A DNA stretch of 21,881 nucleotides from Azolla caroliniana (Eukaryota > Plantae > Polypodiophyta): assembly GCA_043228905.1 (NCBI GenBank), contig JBHGNT010000517.1, positions 1 to 21,881 of the forward strand. Reading direction: 5' to 3'. Below, piece by piece: positions 1 through 10,496 of the stretch. Every line of letters starts with the position of its first letter. Position 1 is the stretch's first letter. A program made the translations under genes and the position numbers. The notes under the pieces are model-generated. The model was not told where the DNA came from. It ran no database searches and saw only the letters and a program-made list of their open reading frames with translations.

Positions 1-1
1 A

Positions 2-1015
2 AAACAACAACAACATGGGGAGCTGACACTACGTGTACAACAACTCGAAGCGACTATCATATCATTACAACAACAAGGATCAAGCACTCAAGGGATACAC
101 AAAGAACCCAAGATCGGTCTTCCTACAAAATTTGATGGGACCCGATCACAGTTTAGAGGGTTTTTGAATCAGGTACGTGTAGTGATACAAATGCATCCTT
201 CTCGATATCCCACCGATGCATCACGAGTGGGACTAGTAGGCACTCTCCTTAGTGGCTCAACGTTAGCATGGTTTGCTCCATTATTGGAAAAGGATTCTCC
301 ATTATTAAACAATTTTGAAGAATTTATAAGTGAGTTTAAGGCATGTTTTGGAGATACTGACAGCATAAGGACTGCAATCAACAAAATCCGGCGATTACGC
401 CAAGGTGATCGTCTAGCTTCCGCATACGCTGCAGATTTCCGCCTACTCGCAGCCGATATCCCTTGGGATGATCACGCATTGATGGAGCAATTCCGTTATG
501 GCTTACGCAACGATGTCAAGGATTTACTCTTGACCTTCCCCGAAGAGCCAAAGTCATTAACAGAAGCAATTAGTCGCGCGGTGAGATGCGAAAACCGCCT
601 CTTTGAACGACGTTCGGAACGACAATTCCAGATTCCGAGGGCAAGATCAGAGCCTACCTATGCCTCAGTGGTAGCAAAACCTTTTCCTAGGGAGTCATAT
701 AATGCGCCTCCAGCAAGTACTCCAACTCTGATGGAAATTGACACCACACGTCGTCGTGGACCGCTATCGGAAGAAGAAAAGCAACGACGTCGAGCAAACC
801 GACTATGTCTTTATTGTGGTGGACCAGGGCATATCGCGGTAAACTGTCCCCATAGGCTAAGAAGGCAGGTAAACCAAATAGTTGCTAGTTTTGATTGTAC
901 TAAACCCGAGTCTATTTCAGTAGGGATATCTGATAGTCCTAATAGTACTAATAGCCCAAATCTAGCGAACAAATTTGATGTCCTTAGTCAGTTAGAAGAA
1001 GAGTTAAACGACTAA
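2..1015 (+). CDS. gag: Gag of G1 (capsid plus CCHC zinc knuckle), 5'-partial
   Basis: The frame is open from position 2 (…KEPKIGLPTKFDGTRSQFRGFLNQ…). It contains LRQG and CLYCGGPGHIAVNC and ends at TAA 1013-1015. Confidence 0.9.
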   Translation, partial: KQQQHGELTLRVQQLEATIISLQQQGSSTQGIHKEPKIGLPTKFDGTRSQFRGFLNQVRVVIQMHPSRYPTDASRVGLVGTLLSGSTLAWFAPLLEKDSPLLNNFEEFISEFKACFGDTDSIRTAINKIRRLRQGDRLASAYAADFRLLAADIPWDDHALMEQFRYGLRNDVKDLLLTFPEEPKSLTEAISRAVRCENRLFERRSERQFQIPRARSEPTYASVVAKPFPRESYNAPPASTPTLMEIDTTRRRGPLSEEEKQRRRANRLCLYCGGPGHIAVNCPHRLRRQVNQIVASFDCTKPESISVGISDSPNSTNSPNLANKFDVLSQLEEELND

Positions 1016-1054
1016 GTCCAACCAAAATAGGAGCCGTTTGGTTGGACAGCCCTA
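1003..1054 (+). promoter_or_regulatory. Putative -1 programmed ribosomal frameshift signal (G TTA AAC, 6-nt spacer, 11-bp stem-loop)
   Basis: pol is in the -1 frame and open across the gag stop. GTCCAACCAAA (1016-1026) is the exact reverse complement of TTTGGTTGGAC (1037-1047). Confidence 0.75.
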
Positions 1055-3704
1055 GATCTGTGCAGCCCATTAGTGGTTCCATTCCCTCTAAGCAAGTTAG
1101 CAATGTGTTCGTAGCCCAAGTAACAGTTAGTACAAAAAGTACTCCTCCAGTACATGTCTTAGCACTTCTAGATTCCGGAGCTAATTCTTGCTTCATGGAT
1201 AGGAAATTTGCCCAATCTCATCAGATATCTCTCAGAAAACTCCCGTGTCCTACCCTTGTAGTAGTTGTCGATGGTCGTCCCATTGCCTCAGGAAATATCA
1301 TAGAAGAGTCAGAGCCCGTTAATATTGTCCTAGATAATCTAGCATGTGTCATATCATTTAATATAATTAGCATCCCAGAACACCCCATTGTCCTAGGATT
1401 ACCATGGTTCGAATTACATAACCCAGACATAGATTGGCGGACAAGAGAAATCCGTCATCGAAAAGCCCAAGGGTCTACTCATGAGATTGCAACGATTTCA
1501 CTACATCAGTTGCGTGAGGAAGGATGCAAGGAAGAAATGTTCCTCTTCGCAATATCAGTAAAACCCTCCAGCACCACTAAAGAGGAATCCACCGTTCAAC
1601 TTCCAGAGAAGTATCGTTAGTATGCCGATGTGTTTGATAAAGTACAAGCCAATACGCTTCCTCACCATCGACCATATGATTGCCCCATCGATTTACAACC
1701 GGGGAAAGAGCCACCATGGGGACCGATCTACAATCTGTCACCAACCGAACTGGAAGTCCTTCGAGCCTATATAGAGGAGAATTTGGAGAATGGTTTCATA
1801 CGACATTCGAAATCTCTAGCCGGCGCACCCATTTTCTTCGTCAAGAAAAAGGATGGCTCACTTTGGCTCGTTGTAGATTATCGTGGCTTGAATAAGGTTA
1901 CAATCCGAAATAGGTATGCACTCCCCCTTATCTCAAGTCTTTTAGAATGGATCAATGATGCCAGGTTCTTCACGAAGATCGACTTACGGGGAGCCTATAA
2001 CCTCGTACAGATCCGACCAGGAGATGAATGGAAGACCGCGTTCCACACCAGATATGGGCACTTCGAGTATACGGTCATGCCGTTCAGCCTCACTAATGCG
2101 CCAACAGTCTTCCAGCACATGGCAAATGATATTTTCCGAGATCTCTTGGATGTGTGTCTAATCATCTATTTGGATGATCTACTGGTTTACTCGAAGACCC
2201 AAGAAGAGCATGCTTCTCATGTACTGTTAGTACTAAAATGACTTCGAGAACATGGTCTTTATGCAAAGCTAGAAAAATGTAGTTTCGGGTGCAACCAGGT
2301 GGAATTTCTCGGCTATGTCATTTCCTCAGAAGGCATCTCCATGGACCCAGCTAAGGTCAAAACGGTGGTAGAATGGCAGACTCCGCGTTCGGTGTGGGAT
2401 GTGCAATGCTTTCTAGGCTTTGCCAATTTTTACCGGAAGTTTATAAAGGATTACTCAAAGCTCGTTTTGCCTCTTACACAACTTACTAGGAAGGGACAAT
2501 CGTTCGTTTGGTCTGAAGAAGCAGACATGGCTTTTGAGAATCTTAAACAGGCATTTACATCGGCTCCGATTCTAGCTCACGTTGATCTAGAAAAACCATT
2601 CATCATCGAAGCGGACACATCGGATTTTGCATTGGGAAGCATTCTATCACAACGAGGTAATGACGAAAAGCTACATCCTGTGGCTTTTCACTCACGCAAG
2701 TTCGACGCCGCCGAAATCAACTACGAAATTCATGATAAAGAGCTATTGGCTATAGTGGACTCTTTTATGCAATGGAGGCATTTTCTAGAGGGATCTTCTC
2801 ATCAAGTCACTGTATTCAGTGACCACAAAAACCTCGCCTATTTTCAAGACGCTCGTGTGTTAAATCGACGTCAAGCTCAGTGGGCCCATTTTCTCACGCG
2901 TTTCGACTTCAAGATTACATATAGACCTGGGAAGCATCAAGGGAAAGCAGATGCATTATCACAGCGTTCGTACCTAGCACCGCGTCCCGGCGAGCCAGCT
3001 TTCGATAACCAAAAGCAAGTAATCTTGGGACCGACACGACTGCAAGCAACATAGGTCTTTGGCATGCCCATGGATTCCCACGTTATCGATATCATACGTG
3101 TGGACCTGAAGACAGATGCTTTCGCCCAAGTACAAATTGATCCCTCTCGAGTGTCGTGTTCACAGTCGCAACCACCAGTACGGACTATCGGCAATTCAAA
3201 TACCATGATGGATTACTCTTCTTTAAAGAACTTTTGTATGTTCCTAATGGTTCTTGCCGCCTTCAAATAGTACAAAACTGTCATGACACATATACAATTG
3301 GGCCTTTTGGTAGTACTAAAACATTAGATTTAGTACAACGATCATTCTGGTGGCCCCGTATGCGACAATTTGTCGAAAATTTTGTTCGGACTTGTGACAC
3401 ATGCGGCAGAGCGAAAATGCCAAGGCATCACCCATATGGTTTATTAGAACCATTACCAATTCCAAGCAAGACGTGGCAATCCATTGCTCTAGACTTCATC
3501 ACAGATCTTCCAGTCTCTAAGGGGTTCAATGCGATTCTAACAGTGGTAGATCGATATACGAAGATGGCTCAAACACACAAGGTTTATGCGGATCGTCATC
3601 GACTCCCATCCAGTTTTAACATTGGAGATCGGGTATGGCTACTCCGACGACACATCAAGACTACTCGCCCATGCGAGAAGTTGGATTATCAGCGATTAGG
3701 TCCT

Positions 3705-3823
3705 TTCCGTATTATAGGAAAGATTAATGATGTCGGTTTTCGTCTCGATCTACCTCCACAACTTCCGTATTATAGGAAAGATTAATGATGTCGCCTTTCG
3801 TCTCGATCTACCTCCACAACTTC
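3705..3823 (+). repeat. 58-bp tandem duplication in the integrase C-terminus (frameshifting)
   Basis: TTCCGTATTATAGGAAAGATTAATGATGTCG…CCACAAC occurs at 3705 and 3763, bounded by TTC microhomology. Confidence 0.95.
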
Positions 3824-4140
3824 AGATACATCCGGTGTTTCATAGTTCTCTCCTCGAACCCTATCAAGAGAGCACCATCCCAGGACGTATTACACAGCCT
3901 CCACCCCCGATCGAGCTTGAAGATGGACTTGAGTGCGAGGTTGCCGCCATCCTTGATTCCAAGATTGTTCGCAACAAGCTCTACTATCTAGTTGATTGGC
4001 TAGGATATAGTCCCAGTGAGCGTACTTGGGAACCGATAGAGAATGTCACCAATGCTCGTGCTCTTCTTGAAGACTTCCATCGTCAATATTCAGACAAACC
4101 GGGTCCTCAATCCAAAACGACTCGTTACACTCGTCTTTTT

Positions 4141-4153
4141 AAAGGGGGGATAG
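4141..4153 (+). other. Polypurine tract of G1
   Basis: AAAGGGGGGATAG lies immediately before TGTCA. Confidence 0.9.
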
Positions 4154-4446
4154 TGTCATGATATGGCAAGACTCGAACCCATGACCTTATGCTACATGGG
4201 TCGAGCTCTTGACCATTACACCATACATTTTAATACGTAGAATATTATTTTCATTTATGTTTTATTATAGAAAATTGATGTATATTCCAGATTTCTCTGG
4301 AACATTCTAGAAACTTTAGGAGTATTCCTTAGAACACTATAAAAGGAGGCACGAGGCATTATTTCGAACCAAATCGGTTCAACGCCAGTCTTAAGCCTCC
4401 TAGCTACTGTACATTTTCTTCACATAATATATATCTCTTCTTATCA

Positions 4447-4486
<40 letters not shown>

Positions 4487-4585
4487 TCACTCACTCTTTC
4501 CTTCTCTCGAGAGTTCTTCACCTCTCTTAGTACTAATACTTATTTTAGTACTAATTCCTTCTTTGTCTTCGTACTGTTCCTGACA
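4154..4585 (+). repeat. 3' LTR of G1
   Basis: TGTCA…TGACA termini, TATAAAA at 4338, (CT)n at 4450-4482. Homologous to the LTR at 12321-12795 (-). Confidence 0.9.
4165..4230 (-). promoter_or_regulatory. tRNA-like sequence with Pol III A box and B box, antisense in the G1 LTR
   Basis: The minus strand reads TGGTGTAATGG (4223-4213) … AAGGTCATGGGTTCGAGTC (B box 4179-4170), with tRNA T8-to-G53 spacing. Confidence 0.6.
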
Positions 4586-4586
4586 T

Positions 4587-5820
4587 CAACTCGGCAAACA
4601 ACATCGACTCCCATTCCCGAAGGAGAGCTCCGCAAGCAAAGGTCTCCTCGACATCGTACACTCGGATGTATGGGGACCAGCTCAAATGCCGACGATCAGC
4701 GGATGCCGATACTATGTAACCTTCATCAATGACTACTCGCGCTACGCGTGGATCTACCCGATGAAGAAGAAAAGCGAAGTGCTCTCCCACTTCCAAAAGC
4801 TCAAGGGGCAAGTCAAAAAAGAAACCGGTCGGCACATTCGATGCCTACGATTGGATGGAGGCAATGAGTACTTCTCCGATGAATTCACCTCCTACCTCCA
4901 AAGTGAAGGCATTCGAAGAGAATTCTCGTGCCGACACACCCCCCAACAAAATGGAGTCGCTGAAAGGAAAAATCGGCAAATACTCGAGGTAGCACGCGCC
5001 ATGATGCATGAGAAGCACATGTCGAATTTCTATTGGGCCGAAGCGGCATCCACGACCGTCTATCTCATGAATCGGTGTACCACCAATGGAGTCCATGAGC
5101 TAACTCCCTATGAGCTCCTCATCGGAAGGAAGCCGATCCTATCGCATCTCAAGGTGTTCGGAAGTTTTGCGAATGTACGCATCCCGAACGAACAACGACA
5201 GAAGCCTGACGCAAAGTCGGAGGAATGTATCCTTATAGGATACTTGTCCAAGAAGAAGGCATACAAGTGCTAGAACCCTTCTACCCGAGCGGTTTGGGTA
5301 AGTCAAGATGTAGACTTCGACGAGTCCGCATCGTGGTATGCACCATAGCCAACTTCGGTTCCGACTTCACTCGACTCGGAACCCGCCGAACAAGAGGTAG
5401 AAGATGGAGATCACTTCGAACACATGTTCGAAGAAAGTCTAATTACGACAAAGCCTAGTGGACCACAAGAGCCCCCACGCAACCCAAGCACGTCGCGGCC
5501 AATTACGAACTTGGACAAAGGCAAAGGTAAGATGCCCGAATACGAAGTCGATCACCCCGACGACAATGATTCGGATGGATTGGCTCCCTCACTAGACAGT
5601 GAGTTCGGTGTACCCATCATGCAAACACCTGGAGTAAAGAAGATGCTCACATCAGCGAGCGAAAAACTTCAACGCTCTTCTAGAGAGAAGAATCCCGTCA
5701 CTCGGCTCAGCTACAACGAGTATATGGCCCATCATTATGCCTTCGCGATGAAGGTAGCGGCCGAACAAGAGCCCAAGAGCTCCACCGAAGTGGCTCGTAA
5801 CCCACGATGGGTGGAAGTAG
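4587..5820 (+). pseudogene. Copia A integrase, SH3-like region and linker
   Basis: ORFs 4686-5273 and 5424-5891 carry the rve core; stops at ~5271 and downstream. Confidence 0.88.
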
Positions 5821-6000
5821 TCGACCTTCGTCCACACACTACAAGCCTTCGTCACCGGCTTGAGGGGGAAGAACCGAGATTGCCACGGTGAGGAAAGCCG
5901 AAGGCCGGACGGAAGCCGCACAGAAGCCGACATCGGAAGCCGGACAATGCCAAAAACAACGTCGGATGTCAGACGCCTCACACTTGAGCTTGAGGGGGTG

Positions 6001-6457
6001 TGTTGAGAGATCAAGCTCAAATTAGTTTAGTTAGTTATTCAACAATGTAACTTCGTAGTTACCTAGATAGAATCTAGTTAGAAGTGTTGACTATAACGCA
6101 TTAAATAGGACCTTGTACTTAAGTGGGATATTCTAGATCCTCCACTCCTAAGTTCATTTAATATAGGACTTACACATTAGTACCTATATTCTACTCACAC
6201 ATATGCACCTTTGCACATGAGATGTATATATACCTCATTGTGGGTATTTTTGTATTTGATGATGATAATGCTAATTTAATATACTTACTCATCCGCCATC
6301 TTGCGTTGTTCATAAGTGTATCTCTCCCTCCCTCTCTCTCCCTCTCTCTCTTCCTCTCACACATACACACACATATCACTTAATCTTCCGCTTATCAACT
6401 AATCACATAATTAGGTACTAATTAACCCTTGCTTAATTACTTACCTAATTCTTAACA
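6001..6457 (+). repeat. 3' LTR of Copia A
   Basis: TGTTGAG…CTTAACA termini, following the PPT TTGAGGGGGTG. Confidence 0.85.
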
Positions 6458-6800
6458 CTATGGTATGGTCGACTCGACCACCTCAGAAAGCCGACATCAC
6501 ACATCTATCTAAAGCCGACTACATCCCCAAGTTCTCTTTTTTGGATCATCAATTCTATGAGCACTACTAGTACAACAGGGTTGCGGTGTCACACCTCACA
6601 ACCACACCGAGAGAATCGAGTCCGCTTGGTTTGGTGCATTTAGATGTCTATGGCCCGATGCTACATCAGTCTCTCGGCGGCGCCTCCTATTTTGTCACTT
6701 TCATTGACGACTTGACTCAGAAGGTGTGGCGTATTTGATCCGGACCAAGGATTGCGTGTTCGAGATCTTTTAAGAATGGCTCACTATGGTAGAATACCAA
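6458..6800 (+). pseudogene. Old Copia E fragment: GAG-pre-integrase and integrase N-terminus
   Basis: Translates to LWYGRLDH…LVHLDVYGPM…SLGGASYFVTFIDD…KVW…EWLTMVE with stops and frameshifts. Confidence 0.75.
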
Positions 6801-9592
6801 TTTGTTTTTCTTTTTCCAAACAACACAAGGTGAAACAAGCACAATGCCCTCAGAGAATGTATGTTTTGTTGACTCAGGAGCATTCAACCACATGACGTCT
6901 CATGAAGATTGGTCTCGGGTATTATGAAAACCCGAACGTCCCGAATATGTCGAGACAACCGATGAAATGACTCATCCAATACAGCATATCGGGAACGTCC
7001 CATTTGGAAACGACGACAAACAAACCTATCTCGAGAACGTACTGCATGTACCTACCATCACGAAAAACCTGGTCTCGATCGGCCAGATTGTCAAACAAGG
7101 AATGCAAGTACGATTCAGCAAAACGGCGTGGCCGAGCAGAAGAACCGGCACATAATAGAGGTTGCATGGGCAATGATGAACGAGAAGATCCTGCCGAAAT
7201 CATACTGGGCGGAAGCGGCGAACACGGCCGTATACCTCATGAACAGGTGCACAACCTCGAGAGTACACGACGCAATCCCCCATGAGAAGTTTCTTGGTAA
7301 GAAGCTGGACTTATCACATGTTTGTATTTTCAGCTGATTTGCTTATGTGCATATTCCCGATGATACACGACAAAAGCTCGGGTCTGAAGTTGGAGAAATG
7401 TATCCTCGTGGGGTACTCGCTCGAACATAAGGGGTACAAATGCTACAATCCCTCTACCTGAAAAGTTCGAACAAGTCGAGATGTCGTTTTCAACGAGTTC
7501 ACATCCTGGTACACACCAGAGACAACTTCGACTCCAACCCCGCTCGACCCGGAATACGCCGAAATAGAGGCAGAAGCCAAAGATCTACTTACACTCATGT
7601 TCGACGAAAGTCCAATCACGACCTGAATAAGTGGGCCACAAGAACCTCCGAGTGACCAACGCACATCTCGGTCGAGTCCGAAGTTGGACAAAGGGAAGGC
7701 GAAAATGCCAGAGTATGGAGACGATCACTTCAACGGCAATGAATCAACTCACTCTCTCGATAGTGAGTTTGAAGGCCTTGACATCCGGACAAATGGAGCG
7801 AAGAAAGCCTTTGTATCCGCAAACGAGAAGCTCCGCCGATCCACCCGTGAAAAGAACCCCGTAAGCCGATTCGGCTACAACGATTACATGGCGTATCATT
7901 ACGCCTTTATGATGAAGGTAGCGTCAGTACGGGAGCCAGAAACCCTTTCCGAAGCTGTAAAGGATCCGCGATGGGTTGACGCGATGAATAAAGAAATCCA
8001 AGCCCTATGCAAAAACGAGACATGGGATCTCATTCCTCACATTCCGCACAAGAAAGTGATTGGCTGGCAATGGATTTACAAAGAGAAACACAATGCCAAT
8101 GGCTCCATAAATAGCTTCAAAGCACGCCTCGTTGCGAAAGGATACACACAAACACACAGAGTTGACTACGAAGAGACCTTTGACCCAGTGGCAAAGATGA
8201 CAACTGTGCGAACCATGGTTGCAATCGTAGCAGCAAAAGGGTGGCATGTCCATCAGATGGACGTGAAGAACGCCTTCCTCCAAGGGGAACTAGAGGAGGA
8301 AGTGTATATGATCCAACCACCCGGCTTTGAATTGCGCAATCATCCGAACGCCGTGTGCCAACTCAAGAAGCCACTCTACGGCCTCAAACAAGCACCGCGT
8401 GCGTGGCACGAAGATCACGTAGATCAAAATCTGATAATTCTCTGTACATCCGAAATGAGTAAGATAGCCCGATCGTCATCATCCTATACATGGATGATTT
8501 GGTCATCGGAGGAAAGGAGCTCGCCGAGATTAACAAGGTCAAATCACTTCTCTCCGGCAGATTCGAAATGAAAGACTTGCATGAGCTCCATTACTTCTTA
8601 GGCATCGAAGTAATTCGGACACCAGTTGGGATAATGATCTCACAACGACACTACGTCCTCACCTTACTCTACAAATTCAGCATGACGGAGTGCAAACCTG
8701 TGTCCACCCCGCTTGACCGTAATCTCAAGCTTGATGTCGATTCTGGAACAACTGAGTGTGAGCCAACTCAGTATCGCCAATTGATCGGCAACCTCATATA
8801 CCTAATCATTACATGACCCGACCTCAACTACTTGGTTTGCCTACTTAGCCAATTCATGTAGAATCCACGAAACCTTCATCTTGATTGTGCTAAGAGGTAT
8901 TCTTCGGTACGCTAGTGGTACGATGGATTACGGCATCAGATATAGGTCAAATACGATAATTCGACTAGAAGGGTACACAGACGTGGACTGGGCAAGCTAT
9001 AAAGTAGATGGATGGTCAACATCAAGATTCATCTTCTCCCTCAGTAGCGGAGCAATCTCGGGGAGTAGTAAGAAGCAACTGACAGTTGCATTGTCGAGCA
9101 CGGAGGCCGAATACAGGGGCGTGGCGGTCGCTGCATGCGAAGCCGCATGGCTCAAGTGTATACTGAAGGATCTGGGTGTACCCATCAAGGATCTGATTCG
9201 TCTATACTACGACAACATGAGCAGTATCTACTTGGCACGGAACCCCGTATTCCACGCAAAGACTAAGCATGTCGAAGTGCACTACCACTTCATCCGTGCA
9301 CACGTGCAGGCCGGAGATATAGACTTACACCACATCACCATGAATGTATAGGTACTCGACATTTTCACGAAAGCACTGGGTATCGACAAGCTACGACTGT
9401 TCACATGGAACCTTGGCCTATCTATTCTCGACCAGTCGATCTTGAGGGGGAGTACAAAACAGTGAACCGATCGATTGACTGAAGCCGAACAAGGAGTACG
9501 CAACCGAAAAGCCGAACAAGCGAAGTTCGAAGCGTTCCGAAGACCGATCCGAAATAATTTTTTGATATCCGGAAGTTGTGTATGGAGGGGCG

Positions 9593-9852
9593 TGTTGAGA
9601 ATTGAACTCAACTTCCCATAGAAATAGGTTTCACACCAGCTCATGGACATACCAGGCTAGTTTTATAAATAGTAGAAAGGGCCCTTACCCTAGTTTAGTT
9701 GGTATTTAAACCAACCTTTTGTAACTTTCTTACTATGAGAAGTAATGCATAGTTTTCTCATCTTAAGACTCTCTCTCTCTCTTTCTCATAAGTGCTCTCT
9801 TGTAATGCATAGTTTTCTCATCTTAAGACTCTCTCTCTCTTTCTCATAACTG

Positions 9853-9892
<40 letters not shown>

Positions 9893-9928
9893 CCTACCGC
9901 TGCATACAATCACTCTCCTTTCTTTACA
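9593..9928 (+). repeat. 3' LTR of Copia B (right end tentative)
   Basis: Starts TGTTGAGA after the PPT; candidate end TCTTTACA. Contains TATAAAT, a 60-bp duplication and (CA)n at 9860-9890. Confidence 0.6.
9742..9859 (+). repeat. ~60-bp tandem duplication in LTR B
   Basis: GTAATGCATAGTTTTCTCATCTTAAGACTCTC…TGCTCTCTT occurs at 9742 and 9802. Confidence 0.93.
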
Positions 9929-10496
9929 ATACAAAATAGAGAAACGACAATTCTTCCCAACCCGTCTTGTGTACGACAATGGCTAGCCATGGATCCTTCA
10001 TTTGATAGAAATGATTGAGCACTTCCTCAATTTTCCCCATTCTTAGCATCTCGAGTATCACCACAAACATTCAAGCCATAACCAAGTAGCCATTTGATCC
10101 TCAATTTTGTAGAAAACGAGTTCGACTGAAAGCAGAAATGCTTACGGTCCGACAATCATGGAGGAAGTTACTTGTATAGGTGTATGGGAGGGTTAAGGGT
10201 GTAATGTATAAGGTGTATAATGTGTAAGGTGCAATGTGCAATGTGTGAGTGTGAGAATGAGTGTTTATGTGTTTATGTGTGCATGTGTGCAAATATGTTA
10301 CAAACATATTGTATAATAGTCACATAATGAACTATATAAACCCCACCATGGGGCATGAAATACAACAACAAGAATAGTAGAGAGTTACCCCTCAATATAT
10401 GTCTCATTTTCCCCTCTCCCTTTGTGTGTGTGTGTGTGTGTGTCCTCCTCTCCCCTCACGTTTAAACCCCCTTGGGAGAATGGCTCCACCCCCCAC

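Larger units (their letters stand above)
1009..4161 (+). pseudogene. pol: pol of G1 (protease, RT, RNase H, deleted integrase, chromodomain)
   Basis: Motifs LLDSGA, YLDD, ADTSDFALG/ELLAI, HHCC (CHD…CDTC), ALDFI, GPF and chromodomain YLVDWLGYSPSERTWEP. In-frame stops occur at ~1618, ~2239 and ~3052, with frameshifts and an integrase core deletion. Confidence 0.92.
1..4585 (+). mobile_element. Ty3/gypsy chromovirus (Tcn1-like) element G1, 5' end outside window, degenerate
   Basis: Domain order Gag-PR-RT-RH-INT-chromodomain, then PPT and a TGTCA...TGACA LTR. The right flank resumes in mid-integrase of a Copia element. Confidence 0.95.
4586..6457 (+). mobile_element. Ty1/copia element A, 3' part; RT and RNase H deleted
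   Basis: QLGKQHRLPF…HSDVWGP…LDGGNEY…PQQNGVAERKNR integrase and linker to RWVE, then a jump to the pol end. PPT at 5989-6000 is followed by an LTR. Confidence 0.9.
6830..9928 (+). mobile_element. Ty1/copia element B (related to A), lacking 5' LTR and gag, integrase core deleted
   Basis: Protease [41 protein letters not shown], RNase H ALSSTEAEY/KHVEVHYHF. PPT at 9583-9592. The left boundary is approximate. Confidence 0.88.

Noticed and set aside
2-1620. Domesticated PEG10/RTL1-like host gene
   Set aside because: It is contiguous with a decayed RT-RH-INT, PPT and LTR, so it is an ordinary retroelement gag-pro.
4165-4230. Functional tRNA gene
   Set aside because: The acceptor and anticodon stems cannot be formed; only promoter-box and T-loop features remain.
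5652-6020. env-like or extra ORF in Copia A (and 9282-9650 in B)
   Set aside because: These are short antisense ORFs crossing deletion or LTR junctions, not similar between A and B, with no recognisable domain.
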